Under the pieces are notes generated by a model. The model was not told where the DNA came from and made no database searches. It saw only the letters and a list, made by a program, of their open reading frames with translations. Source: Ginkgo biloba (Eukaryota; Plantae; Ginkgophyta). Taken from it: a stretch of DNA of 38,006 bases. A program made the translations under genes and the position numbers. This document shows, piece by piece, positions 1-14,011 of the stretch (its first letter is position 1; every line of letters starts with the position of its first letter). The stretch covers positions 114,761,073-114,799,078 of the forward strand of contig JANKJI020000004.1 of the NCBI GenBank assembly GCA_024626585.2, read 5' to 3'.

Positions 1-3000
1 GGATGCATAGGACCAAGGAGGAAAGGCTCTTCTCACCTTTCTTGAAATTTTCCAACGAATTCTTCGTTGAAGCAGTTGGGCTTTGTGGAATAGAAAAGGA
101 GGCCTCTCTTGCCTACCCAATGGTGGGAATAGAGGTTGGAGAACACCTACGAGAAAAATAATTGAGGAGTAGCAAGAGGGAGTAATGTATAGCCGTAAGT
201 AAAATAATCATAAGTTACAATCCATCTATGTTTCTCCTATCTTAGAGGTACATCTATCTCTTTTATTGTTATCTCTATTCTATTAGTGAAGCAGAATTCA
301 AAATTACTCTTCTACAATTTTACATCATGGGATTTATGCTATTACACCATCCATACTCTAATTTTTAATAAAATTTATTTAGTCATTACTGCCATCCAAT
401 ATCCTCATTCGTGTAGTTACCCATGACTCAGAGTTATGAATCGTCTCATATGGGAATCATTGTTTCTCTTGTTCTCTAGAGACCACTATCAATTTTCACC
501 CCATAGCCTATCTACCTTGTTATGATCTTCTGACATCCTTCCTCTAGACCATGGTTATCATAGTTCTCTACACTAAGCAAGATTTAACATATTCTACCAA
601 ATCTAAATCTAATGTTGCTAGACTTTACTATTCAGTCAATTCGACATGCAATTGCTTATAAAATATTTTTCTAGATGTATATAGGTCTTGAGAGCCTCAA
701 ACACTACCTTTACAGTGTCAAATATATATTTTGAGACTGAACCCCCCCTCAAATTCTACTTCGCGACAATCATAGGGGTTGCACGATGTTTGTAAAGGTC
801 ACATCTCTGTTCAATGAGAAAAATAGAATTTTTCTAATGTTTATGTCAAAAATCAAAAGTGCTAAAGTTCTCTTTGAGTTGGTGGTCACGTACAACACTC
901 ATATGACCTTGAGATTCCTTGATAAAGGGGCTATAACCCTTTTGTCTCATTTAAAATATTCATTTCATGTTTCTTTAAGCCAAACTTTAGTAAGACTATT
1001 CTCTGACATCACTTTTACCATCATNNNNNNNNNNNNNNNNNNNNNNNNNNNNNNNNNNNNNNNNNNNNNNNNNNNNNNNNNNNNNNNNNNNNNNNNNNNN
1101 NNNNNNNNNNNNNNNNNNNNNNNNATTTTGTCACTACATTTTATCATGCATAGTGTAATATCTTATGAAAATCAAGAGAATTAGAGTTGTAAAACTATCT
1201 TTTTGCACTTGAAATATGGATTGAAAATATGCTCTTATATTGGAATAAAGGTGTTTAAATTATTTTGTACAAAATATATATTTCAATAAAAGATAAATCT
1301 AAAATAATTTCTTCATAAGGAACGACATTAGAAACTAAAGCAATAAGCAAACAAATTACCGTATCATGAAATGTATTGTTAGAACATTTAATATTCTTTA
1401 CAAGAAAGACATTAATAAATGGTAATAATCGCACAAATTAGTGTACAATATAAAATGTAACATAGCCTATGATGTAATTTGTAAGTTATAAAATAGGAAT
1501 AAATAAAAAATCCTATATTATACACCAACACATTAAAATTTTGTATACTTGATGTGTTAAAAGAAAATTACTCACCATGATTCACATGAAATTTACAAAG
1601 TAAACTATTTAGGGGACAAATGACCCCTAATTGAACATTTTGTGAAGTTCATAAATCACCATAAATTTTTTGGGCTGATGTTGTAATTCTAGTGTTGCAA
1701 AAAATTTTGTTACAATTTCATCTTTTTGTGATTTGATCCTCGACCTACAAATGCAATTCCATCTAGGCTTGGAATTTAACATCCACCCTTATATTTCACA
1801 AAAAATTTTGATGACATTCTCAATATAAATATTGCACTTCAATTGATGATTCCAAAAAGATAATGGATGTTAACATGAATTGTTATCATATGGCTGTTGT
1901 TAAATGTTAGCTCCTTTGAAGACTTGTCAATGGTGTGAAAATGAAGAAATGTGGTAAGGTCGCACCCAATCGCTTAAGTTCCATTACACAAACCAAGAGG
2001 TGTTTAATTGCCTAGTATTTTGACTATGTTATTTGAATTCCTCTATGTTTTACTATTGAAAAAAATCTAATTTGTTCCCTATATGAAGATTGTAGAGGCA
2101 CAATAGAAGTCTAACACTAAAAATAATCTTTTATGATGGGCATGATTATAAATATATATTTCAAGTTGAACGACTTTATAGACAAAAACATAAAGACTTT
2201 TCTTCTCATGTCACGTGCCATGAGAGCTCGCATTTGTGGGCAACCAATTCGCATTTCTCTTTTTAAAGAAATACATTACAACTTAAAATCTTTAACGTTA
2301 TTGCAATCCTCCTCCATTGAATTGACTATAATATTTGAATTGACTGAATATGTATTGCGCATGTAATCAACAACAAAAATATGATGACAACACCCTTGAA
2401 TAAATATCTCTCTTTCTATATATTTCAATTGAATAATATGGATTGAATGAATATTTTCACAATATAGACTCACATTCTAAAGTATTATTCTTAACATAAA
2501 TATAAATTTTGCAATTAGTAATTTTTATTTTACCTATTTTTATTAAAATTGTTCACCTAAAAAAAATTAAAATGGTGTCACATTAACATGCTTTCACCCG
2601 TATACAAACCCAATTTTCTATTGGCAGGTTTTGATGTACTGCAAAGCATACATCCCTTAATANNNNNNNNNNNNNNNNNNNNNNNNNNNNNNNNNNNNNN
2701 NNNNNNNNNNNNNNNNNNNNNNNNNNNNNNNNNNNNNNNNNNNNNNNNNNNNNNNNNNNNNNTGGGGGTTTAGAAGAACCTCAATGGATAGTAAAAATCT
2801 TGATCTAAGAAACACTGATACTTGATTCAAAATAATTTAGATTTTTTCAAGTCCATAGTTGGGGTCATAAAACACTTTTCATGATTCCATGCACCAACTC
2901 CCCAACTCCAATTTTGTGATCAACAAACTTGAAAAAAAAACTTAATGAAAGTACATATTTTTGTTGAGTCTAAAACCTTAAGTTGAATTCACACTCAATC

Positions 3001-6000
3001 ATCCCCAAGAGTCCAATCTATGATAGATTAACACAAACCCAAACTTAGTTCATAAATATAATGAATTATTCATGGCGTCAGTTCTAAGGAATATTCCCAA
3101 ACTAATCAGGGATATTGCAATAAAATATCTCCTTTCTTTCCCTATCCTTTTTCTTCAGAACAAATTCATTGTTTTGATCATCTTTTATACTTACACAAAT
3201 TTTAGTTGGTCTTGAAAAAAACCTAAAGATAGTCAACCATTAATATCATAGGATGTGTTACTTATTCTAACCTACAACAATCGAAGAAGGCAATTAGCTA
3301 AGATAAAAAGATTCAAACTTTTTTATTATACGATGTCATATTAATCCCAATTAATTGGTCCTCTAAGAGTGGCCCCATTTATGGGTTAACAAGGTGGCCT
3401 TCATGGGGAAGAATATTCCCTATGGGCATGTGAACTCTAGAATCTATAATTCTATAGTATAATTTTGATTTGTGAAAAATATTTCCATGATAATAGTGAT
3501 GTAAAATGAATGATCTTCTTATCTACGTTAAGCATGCCATGAGGAATATTATTTATTATAGATAACCCTTCTGGTAGGATCGATGGAGCCAATCGCATTC
3601 CTGATTCAAGACTTGGTATAAATTGTAGTGTTGGTCATGGAAAAACTCGATCTTCTTCACCAACTCTTTTATAATGGGAGAAAATTAAATCAAGTGAAGT
3701 ATCATATTCACTTTAGTTCTCTTGCAAATCACAAGGTCAAGTATGGGAGGTTCTATAAAAATTAGTAGAAAAGGAGAAGGATGATGAAAACTATCTACCA
3801 CTTTTTATGATCCCTTTGTTGTTTCTCATTACCTTTCCCTACACATGAACATAATAAAGTTATTTATGTGTAGTGACTCTTTTTACAAAAGACTTTCCCT
3901 AGTCTTATGTGTGATGACCCTAACTGATTTGATCAATTGTGGGTCAATATACTATCATGCTAACATTTCCTACATCTTATAGAGATAATTTTTCAAGAAC
4001 TTGATCCTTGAGCCATGGAAGTGTCATATGCCAAGGTGCTATATTGATTTTGTATTTATCATTTAAAATAAATGATAAAATTTTGTCTTTTTCAGAGATG
4101 GTTATTTATTACATATGTATTTTGAATGCATGTGCCATGACACTTTGATTTTGAATGCATATGTACTTGTTATTTATCGTTTTTAATTGCACATTTTACT
4201 AACAAATTTTGGTACATGCTTTCATCCTCAAGAATTTCTTGCATGATCCTAGAGCTAACAACCCTATCTTGTCTATGAAATGAACTACTAAAATTTGTTT
4301 GATTGATCTTTTTGCATGTGTGAGAAGCTCAATGAAACCTAAATTATTCTATAAAATTAAATGGGGTTAGGAAATAATAGAGTGTGGATGAATCTTGTGT
4401 TTTCTATGAGGAATATGGGAGAGGAAACCATTGACACTATGTGGATCAACAAAAGAATGGGTGGTGGAATGAAAAGATCTTAATAGGAGGTATTTCTTTT
4501 CTATATTATTTTTCATAAACAAGAAGGTCCTCCTTGTNNNNNNNNNNNNNNNNNNNNNNNNNNNNNNNNNNNNNNNNNNNNNNNNNNNNNNNNNNNNNNN
4601 NNNNNNNNNNNNNNNNNNNNNNNNNNNNNNNNNNNNNTTGGTCATTACTAAAAACTAAAGCAATGAAGAGAAATGGTGATAGGAATACCACAACCATTGA
4701 TAAAATAAAATATGAAGATTGTATTATTTCTTGCGATAATACTTCGACTTTAAGGTCGATAGATTACAATGGCCTTTGCTGAATTGATAACACTAGAGAC
4801 ATTAGAATTTGGTGTCCCTCCTTTCCTCTCTATTACTACTTTGTTATCATAGTGCATGGTCTAACTATTTCCTCACCAAATTCCCCTTCCTCTGATCTTC
4901 TATCAAGCCATCAAACCCTCATCGCCATCACCGTGCCTTGCTTCCCACACACACAAAAATGATGAAACCAACAAACCAAGAAAATAATTATAAGATAAAA
5001 CAAAAATACCTAAGTTTAGAATTTAATTTTAAATTTTGTTTGAATCCCTTTTTTTTCTTGGCTCATAGTCATATAGGGTGGCCATAGTACCTCACTTTAA
5101 GGATTTAAAAGGTTAAGGATTTATAGGGAATTTTATTGGTTTTAAGAAGAGATATTGAATTTATGACCCCTTAATTTTGTGCATCCATAAAGTGTGTAAA
5201 ATAAATACTCATGCAAAGAGGGATGAACTCAAGGATACATTATACATACAAATAAAATAAAAATAAAATTAAGATTTATGGTTATTAATTAGGTTTTAGC
5301 ATGCATGTGTGATTGGTAAACATTTTGATAATATTAAGTTTGATCTACTTTAATAGGTCAATGGATAAGGGTGTAGTAATAAAAATGTGATACTGTCTCT
5401 TTAGAACACAAATTTAAGTATCTTGAAGTGAAATTAAATTGACATCGCTACATAAAAAATGACCTCATAATTGACCACCAATTTAGAAAATTATGATAAC
5501 ACACCTTTTATTCCACCACTTGACCCCATAATTATTTCTTCATTTCAACTTCGAGTCTGCCCCGACACTATGACAACCTTGCTATTTTAAAGGGGCTTGA
5601 GGTCAATTTATTTTTAAAATTTTTAATTAAAAATCAAATTAAATTAAAAATCAAGGTTTTTGGTGTGGATCTATCTTACCATATGTTCGCAATCACTATG
5701 GATATTTTTACTGCCAACAGATATGAATATTAATTGATAATATAAAAGTGGGTATAGAAATGAAGACTAAATGGACCTATGAATGCAAGAACCAATATTG
5801 TATGAACTAGCTAAATCACCTTGAGTGATAGAGTATTAACTTTAAATCACATACATAGGGATATAATAAATTGCATAAATGAATCTGCATAATACAAATT
5901 CACACACATCAAATTCTACTCAGAGTCATAATAAAATAAACACTAGTTTATTCATATGAGGAGCTAGCTCTATCCTAGAGCAGTTTTTACACTTCCACAT

Positions 6001-7372
6001 TTTCAAATCATCTTTTAAGCTTTACATTATGACTCTTCACATTCGAATACAGTGACCATTACAATTCTTGGCTCTTCACATTCANNNNNNNNNNNNNNNN
6101 NNNNNNNNNNNNNNNNNNNNNNNNNNNNNNNNNNNNNNNNNNNNNNNNNNNNNNNNNNNNNNNNNNNNNNNNNNNNNNNNNNNNTTAAATGTCCTTTAAT
6201 ATTTTATATTCTTTTGATATTTTATGTATTATTTACTCATTAGTGGTGAGGTGCTTAGATGAGCATTGTTTTGTTTTACCCAATTTCTTAAAATGTAATA
6301 TACATTTTAGTCTTGAATGCATTTAAAATAGAAATGTACAAATGATTTAATCAATTTATTCTACATCCTTGAATGCATTTCATATAGATATGTATAAACA
6401 TACAATGGCATGCCATGCCTCATAACTTTTTGTATAAACATTTATGTTATTGAGAACCAAAAATTTTAATGCAATCCATTGGGATAACAGTGTAGATATC
6501 ATCTAGTTAATATTTGACCACTGAAAGTGAACTTTGTTATGCTTATCATTGGAGTCTGAGCTATGTGGTGATTTAAAATTATTATCAATTCGATTGTATT
6601 AAGTCTTTTCATGACCTGTCTTAAAATTCAAACTCCTCACTCTTGTATACCCGCCATTTTACAATCTTTGAAAATTTTAGGAAGTTGTATGCAATCTATC
6701 AATCTTGAATGCTACAGACTAGTAGTCTAGCACAACAATTTGAAATCATAGAAAGTCAAGGATTGGAAAGAAAGTGAACATTTTGGGACTTTGAAGGTGT
6801 TGTACAATGTTGAGACAGGTATGTATTTCTGACTTTTCATTCTGAAAATATTTGTAAATTCTTAGCCAGGAAGGAAACAAAATAGTAGATTCTTATTATT
6901 ATATTTATTGCTCTCAAGTTGTTGCTACAGATGGTTTCTCAATCGCTATTATTTTAAAAATTTCAATTAGTTTCAAATTTTTTGAAGTAGTTTGAAATGA
7001 TGCGGCATCTACAACAATGAGAGACACTGTTTATCATTTTAGTATGAAGCAATCTGTTTACCATCTTAGAATGGCTCTTCTATACACTTATCTTTGGGTA
7101 TCGCTGGCCTTTCACAGTCAATAGACAGTTAGTGAGGCATTCCTTCTTTGAATCCTTTGAAGTGGTTGTTCTCTATGTCATTTTCCAACTGCAATGCACA
7201 TAAAACTTAATCTTCAAAGTGCAACCGTCAACATAAACTAGTGAATTGGATTAGGAATCCGAATGCACTTAACAGTTCTAGAATCTTCATCTTTCCATCA
7301 AGTAACCGTAGTAATTATTATGAACCAACAAGGGTTAATCTCCAAATGCAACAAACTTACCGTATATAGAGC

Positions 7373-7432
7373 AGAATTTTGGGATTATTCGAACCTATGT
7401 GAGAATTTTAGGATTATTCGAACCTATGTGAG
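7373..7432. repeat. 29-bp tandem duplication (2 copies)
   Basis: agaattttgggattattcgaacctatgtg (7373-7401) is followed by agaattttaggattattcgaacctatgtg (7402-7430); one mismatch. Confidence 0.9.
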
Positions 7433-7516
7433 TATATTATCGGATACTCTTATTATTTGGTGTAATAAGAGGTTTTCTATGCTGGGCAGTCAGAGCCAAG
7501 CCAAATCACTATATCA

Positions 7517-7771
7517 GCACTGTTAATGGGATATCAAATTATTAAAAATAAATTAAATGGAAACAAGTTCAAATTAGAGTAGGTGTTTGTTTGCGGGTGT
7601 AGAGGAAGACATTCAAGAAAGGTAGGACCATGGTGTAGAGAATCCAAGGAGGAAAAAGCATTGGGTTTGGTTTTTGGAAGCTCTAGAAACGAATCGAAGT
7701 GGATTCACAACTAGCTAGAAGGTTAGCATCGCTTTCCATGAACAATTTTAAAATTCTAAAATATTATTAAA
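7517..7771 (+). repeat. ~250-bp dispersed direct repeat, copy 1
   Basis: Aligns by eye along its whole length with 10160-10408. Shared blocks include tttgcgggtgtagaggaagacatt, ...gcattgggtttggtttttggaagctctagaaac and aacaattttaaaattctaaaatattattaaa. Confidence 0.9.
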
Positions 7772-8484
7772 CTACTAATCAAACTATGCATGTGAGCGGG
7801 AGAAAAAAGACAATTTCTTATGATTCTAACCACTAATAGGAGAATTATGAGTTGCATATAAGCTTCCTGGCAAAAGTAAGTATGTCATTATGCAATATAG
7901 CATCTTCTCTATATTGCAGCCTGCAGGGCCCAAGTTATTGACAATATTCGTCTCCTGTCAACCAACTACACGTCAAAAGCATCCCTCGCTCCACGAGTAT
8001 CTCATACAGAATTATGTCAGTAATCAAAAAAATACATTACGAGCATTCTGTCTCCATTCTTGGACTTTAAAGCGTCCAGAAATATGTTGAAGTAATGAAA
8101 TATATTGGGCGTTCTACGAGTATTTGTTTCATTACTTTATGTATATGTTAATCCTTGAGCAGATGTGTAGTATTTTTTGAGGTATTGAATTTAAGGTTTC
8201 AAGCAAGTATGTGGGAAAGGTCATAGTTGGACAGTATCCAATCTTTACATTCAACGTTCATAATGTGAGCAACCTAAAAATAGACGTGTTGAAATGGTTA
8301 TTATCAACATACAGTGTATATGCAGTGACATGATTTGTATATTATCAACATACAGTGACATGATTTTTATGGTTATTATTATGTGTGTAGGCCATGGTCC
8401 CCAAATCAAATTTGATGTCGACAAATGGAGAGATATCACCTACCATTCACTCAGGGCCATTTCAAAGTCCATTTGGAAGGCAAT

Positions 8485-8742
8485 TTCAAAAAGCGAAAGA
8501 AATTGCGAGCTTCCAAATCCTGCGATGGAGCCATGCGGTACCATCTCAGGGATTTTGCTCTTGAGGAAGCTTTGGAATCATTATTAAAAATTATAAAAGA
8601 GCCTTGGGGCTTAGAAACCACGCGATGATGCCATGTGGTACCATCACAGGATTTCTTCTCCTAGGGAGGTTATTGGGAAGCCGATTGAATATTGTGAAGG
8701 TTCATGAAGCCCAGAAATAACAAGATGATGCCACACATCAGG
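8485..8742. repeat. Degenerate ~100-bp tandem repeat (2 copies plus partials)
   Basis: gcgatggagccatgcggtaccatctcagggattt at 8522, gcgatgatgccatgtggtaccatcacaggattt at 8622, and a partial gatgatgcca...catcagg at ~8724. Confidence 0.7.
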
Positions 8743-10159
8743 ATGGTGGGTGCCCAGAAGCCAAGTTAATAAAAAGGGGCAGAGAGACCCAATATTCACA
8801 AATTTGCAGGGCTATGTAACAATGACACATGGCACTTTTGCATGATGTTTTGGGCTACATGACTGACTTACATTTGATCAGAATGACACAGAGAGTAGAG
8901 AATTTCTCAAATTCTACCTTGGGGGATATGAACGCTTGCATGATTGGAATGCTAGTACGATGCAGAATGACCATGCATCATTCAGAATATNNNNNNNNNN
9001 NNNNNNNNNNNNNNNNNNNNNNNNNNNNNNNNNNNNNNNNNNNNNNNNNNNNNNNNNNNNNNNNNNNNNNNNNNNNNNNNNNNNNNNNNNAGTGAGTGGG
9101 GGCTTTCAAGTTCCCTAACCTATTGTTAGCATTGGTAATGGGTTCCCATAAAAACCTTTATGCTGCCATGACATATTCTCTGAGATTAGGTGGAGATTTG
9201 ATCTTTGAATGTGGCCACTTGGATTTTTTATTTTTGTTTGTGAGGCAACTCTCTCTCTCTGATTATGTATAATATTTAGGTCATAATAATGCACTTTATT
9301 GAGTTTGTCAATCCAAACATATCTTAAAATTCTTTCTTTACCTTGATTTTGAGTGACGAGTCATGTGGACATACTACATAATCAACAATGCATCCCAATG
9401 AGGCAATATAACTAATATAAGTTAAAGTATTTATTAAGAAAAAAAGACTTGAATGTTGTGCCATGTGGAATAAAGAACAATTATATTAAAATATTTCTAT
9501 ATTTAATAAAGTCAAGAACAATTCTCATTATCTAATATTTTGTCTTACCAAAGTGATATAAGAGAAAACATCCCATCCTTAATAAGGGTATTTTAATATA
9601 GCATGAAATCGATTTGCTTTAAAATATACCCATATTAATCCAAAGATGTCTCAAACATTGAATGTTAAGCCTTGTAGATAGAATAACAATACTTAAATAT
9701 TTGTATATCTCATAGAGACAAGTGAAAGTGTCATTATCTAATATCTTGTCCTATAACTTTACTTATGACTAAACAAGGAACCTCTGGCATCCTTACAAAG
9801 GGCATTATGACACCACATGGAAATTTATTTGCCCTCGATCATAATTACAACAAATCTGAATTAATTAAAATTTCTGCTCTCATTTATATTACCTATGTTG
9901 AAAGGTAATACGAATGTACTGACCATTCAATGTACACAACTTGGGATCTAGTCGGAGTATATATATATATATGAAAAAGTAAAAGATGAATTAGAAAAGT
10001 GAGAGCAAGAAACTTTATATGTAACCTCGAAGTCTCATCGTAGACTTTTTCATCTTAAGAAGGGCAAGTATTTGTAATATAATATTGACTTATTTAAAAC
10101 AAAAATTACAATGGGGACATTCATGTTGTAATAATTTCTGTAACGACCTTGCATGTAAT

Positions 10160-10408
10160 GCACCGTTAATGGGCTATCAAATTATTATTAGAAAAAAAAT
10201 GGAAACCAACTCTTATTAGAGGTGTGTTTGCGGGTGTAGAGGAAGACATTCGAGAAAGGTAGGATCATGGTGTAGAGAATCCAAGGAGGAAGAAGCATTG
10301 GGTTTGGTTTTTGGAAGCTCTAGAAACAAATTGGAGTGGATTCACAGCTGGTCAGAAGGTGAGCATCACTTTCCATAAACAATTTTAAAATTCTAAAATA
10401 TTATTAAA
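10160..10408 (+). repeat. ~250-bp dispersed direct repeat, copy 2
   Basis: Paralog of 7517-7771; its 3' end abuts the P450 fragment. Confidence 0.9.
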
Positions 10409-10412
10409 TTTA

Positions 10413-10665
10413 GAAGTGTTTAGTCTCTACCACTGAATTTTCCAAGAATAAAGTTCCGTTGAGGTTTGAATGCCCGTTTTCGTATATGTACAAACATTTA
10501 TTGTCTCTGATTGAGATGAGAAGGAAGACATTACAGGAAGGAAATGCTTCCCCACTGTTGGACTTGATCTCATGTTTACTGAGTATAAAAGATGAGAATA
10601 ATCGGCCCCTTCATGAGGAGGAGATAATAGACAACATAATGATCATCATGATCGCAGGCCATGAT
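10413..10665 (+). pseudogene. Cytochrome P450 gene fragment (CYP85 clan, CYP716/725/728-like; F-G loop to I-helix)
   Basis: Conceptual translation SLPLNFPRIKFR*GLNARFRI / YKHLLSLIEMRRKTLQEGNASPLLDLISCLLSIKDENNRPLHEEEIIDNIMIIMIAGHD. It shows the DL..CLL, EEEI.DN and I-helix AGHD(T) signatures. There is an in-frame TGA at 10460-10462 and a frameshift near 10487. Homology stops abruptly after AGHD, and no ExxR, PERF or heme FxxGxxxC motif is visible. Confidence 0.85.
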
Positions 10666-10857
10666 ATGAATGTCAACTATGAAAGAATCGTTCTTATTTT
10701 GGTTGTTCTAAATAATGTGTTTATACGTTTACGTAGATTCTGTGTGTGCGCGCGCCTGCCATTCATCGATCGTTATTGTAAATAACAAACATGTTGTTTT
10801 TGAAGGAGAACTTAGGAAACAAATGCCGCATTAGTTATGATTGGATGGCTTATGAGT

Positions 10858-10990
10858 AACAATATATGCTTGGAATTCTAACACTTAGACTATATAGGCA
10901 ACAATATAAAAAATAGCCAGTAAGAGCCACCTAAACAGAAAATAAAAAATAGGCAACAATATATGCTTGGAATTCTAACACTTAGACTAT
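10858..10990. repeat. 36-bp direct repeat
   Basis: aacaatatatgcttggaattctaacacttagactat at 10858-10893 and 10955-10990; taggcaacaatata is also repeated. Confidence 0.85.
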
Positions 10991-13559
10991 GGAGCAAGAA
11001 ACAAATTAATAATAAGTAGGAAGAAATTTGAATATGTAGGAATTAAAATCTTAAATGAAACCTGGAATCCCTTATATTTGATTTCAATCATTTAACAATA
11101 AACATTTCTTGGTTGTTGTCAGTGAAACATTCTCCTTGTCCCTCCATCAAAGATGGCTTGAACAAGCTCTGCTCAATTAGCATGTCCATGAACGTTATGA
11201 GAAGCTATCGATCTAATCCTTTAGGAGATAAGAATCGATAGACAGCTGCGCAGGTGCTCGCATAGAAAAATAAATTACTTTTAACTGAGATCGAGCCTAA
11301 TGCTAAGTACCTATTATCCATTATTCTTTCACACGTAGAGAGAGCGACAGGAGTTGCATCTTTAAACCAGGTAATCAGACAAAGTATGGCAGAACATAAT
11401 AAATCCAATTGCACTAGCTCTCAATGCATCAGTAAGGAAAATTGAAAGTTTTACTTATTGTAAATTATAAATTAGTAATAACTTTAATTATAGAACTTTA
11501 AAAAATATATTAATATTTACACTTTCATTTGAAAATGATCATAATNNNNNNNNNNNNNNNNNNNNNNNNNNNNNNNNNNNNNNNNNNNNNNNNNNNNNNN
11601 NNNNNNNNNNNNNNNNNNNNNNNNNNNNNNNNNNNNNNNNNNNNNTAAGTGGCTCACAGAGAATGGAAAGAAACATTCCATATCTAATTTCGAAGTATGA
11701 TTAAATTCTAATTGAGGTCTTAGGCGATATTTATTACTTTATAAGTTTCATTGGAATTTTATAAGTGCAAATTTATTATGATCATATGTCGAACGTTACT
11801 AGCATATGAGGATAATAAGTTTATGGAATTTGTGATAATGTTATCATACATATCAAATGTCTTATTTCCTTTCATGTGTTCATACTCAAAATCCTTAACT
11901 CTGAAGAATTGATATATAATTTGGGACTAAATTATTTATGGGATGAGAATACAACCTTTGAATTTTCTACTTCAAGCACTACTATATTTCATTACCCAAA
12001 GGATTATTTCCTTCTAAATAAATTTATTCTTGATTTTATGTACCATTCAAGGTATGATAGAGAGTAATGAAGTAAATTTAGTGATATGTCATTCTAATGA
12101 AACAATTAGGCACTACTACTAATTTGGGATTAGAATAGCATGGTTGATTGTCCCCTAAAGTTTGAAGTACCTGAAGGACCTCCTTTATGACATGAAGAGA
12201 ATCCTTAAGAGGGTGTACAAAGTTAAACAATTTCCATTCATTTATTTTTATCATTCATTTCCTCTTTACTATTCCACCTGGATCTATTATTAGTGCCTAA
12301 ACATTTGGCAATCTATCTAGGGGCATTGATAAAATATTTTCTTACTCCTTGTCTTTCCCCTATCTATTTGTGTATATTGTTTATCTTTTTACAAAATAAA
12401 AATAAAGATAAATCTTCTCTTATTTATCTTTCCTTTTAAAAAGACTTCATCAAAAATGATTCTGAAACCATCTTGATAGGTATCTAAAGTATCTATGATT
12501 TCAATAATTAGAGTGGTTCCCAAGACTTAGGCCCCTAGTTTTATCAAAGATCTATTTACTATTTTCTTTATTTATTAAAGTGGACATAACTTACCTTATG
12601 GAAATCACACATCCTAAAAGTATGATCAAGGTCATAATCTCACTTCAAGATTACCTAAAAATATAAATGATTCTTAATGGTATTGTAGTTATGACTAATT
12701 TGTCCTCTACTCTACCTTCATGATGAATGATTAATTAGCAGGAAAGGGATATCCCCATGAGAAAAATATTNNNNNNNNNNNNNNNNNNNNNNNNNNNNNN
12801 NNNNNNNNNNNNNNNNNNNNACTACTACGTGTAACAAATTCATGTCCCATAATTTAATTTTCCATATGCACTAGAGAAAAATCACTATTTGGGCCTTTTA
12901 AATTAATCATTGATGTGAATGAAGTTTGACCTTATGATGCCACATGTTATATCCATGTCACACTCCCAACCACTTCTTTTAGGATTGTTATGTCTTCACA
13001 TTTTTGGGGTTTGGTCATTTAGATTTTTTGAAAGAGGTAGTATGTCATGTCCTTACCCTAATAATTCAAAAACTCAAAATGTCAATTATTATAAATCTTA
13101 CCACCCATTTATTTTCTTTTTTATATTATTTTTTGGGTATTTAGGCTAAGGGAAACACACTTTTTATATTTTTGAATCATCATAATATCTAAACTTATAA
13201 AATCCATTAATCTCCTTTAATAAAAATCCATACATGAAGTCCTAATAAACTTTATTCCTTAGCTTAGACCTAAACCTAACTTCCATACTTTGGAATTTTT
13301 GGGTTTTCAAAGGGTGGAAATTAACTCCTATCTTAAATTAGAGTTTTCCCAAACACTAAATTCTAAACTTCACTAGCAAATCTTGGATGTGAAATATCAA
13401 TTAACGAATATCTATTCTTATTTTAGATCCATGCAGCCACCAACATAGAACTCAATTTATTTCCTACCAAATAATGTCAAAACTTTTTTACTGAATAAAT
13501 CATTTCCAATGCTCCTCTTTCCATTGTGGAATATTTCATCTCAACTTTAGACAACTTTC

Positions 13560-14011
13560 TACTTGTAAAATATATGCTAAAATTAATCTAATTACAATAG
13601 CCAAAGCATCCACAAGTATATGAAAATTTGTTTCCAGTTTAAAAATTATAAAATAGGAGCTTCAAATATCCTCATATTCAAGTATTCAAAGGATTTGTGG
13701 CTTTCTTTGGTCCATAATAACACTACATCTTTTTACAACAACTTTTCTAAAGGACTAGCAATCCTCGTGTATGCTCTAATAAAATTTTTATAATATCCAG
13801 TATGTCCTAGGAACTTCTTTATTTGTAAAGGTTTATTAGAGATTTTAATTCTAATATAATTTTCACTTTTTCTAGATCTACCATTAGTCCCTCTTTCTAG
13901 ACTATATTTCCCAATAATTTCTCAAATGGTATCAACATTTGACACTTGGTTGAATTCAACAAAATTCTAGACTCTTTGCATCTTTGTAACATTGTACGCA
14001 TATGTGTAATA
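13560..14011 (-). mobile_element. Degenerate Ty3/gypsy pol fragment (end of RT, connection domain, start of RNase H)
   Basis: Minus-strand translation gives LNSTKC...KLLGNIV*KEGLMVD.EKV and FLGHTGYYKNFIRAYTRIASPLEKLL*KD...WTKE, the typical gypsy FLG..GYY motif, with stops and frameshifts. Confidence 0.8.

Noticed and set aside
725-760. gagactgaaccccccctc, resembling a copia LTR-end motif
   Set aside because: No PBS, PPT or coding sequence supports it.
1920-2030. Minus-strand GLCNGT and TIDKS, reminiscent of Helitron/PIF1 helicase motifs
   Set aside because: The motifs are far too close together, interrupted by stops, and lack flanking similarity; probably chance.
7062-7188. Exon-like minus-strand segment bounded by ttgcag| and |gtaaac
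   Set aside because: There are stops in all three frames and no recognisable protein family.
11100-11414. 69-aa minus-strand ORF with a further open stretch after one stop
   Set aside because: No recognisable domain, non-ATG start, and length within chance expectation.
12821-12860. (c)actactac after a gap as the left partner of the CACTA-like end at 16550
   Set aside because: The first base and TSD are hidden in Ns, TIR similarity is weak, and two 100-N gaps intervene.
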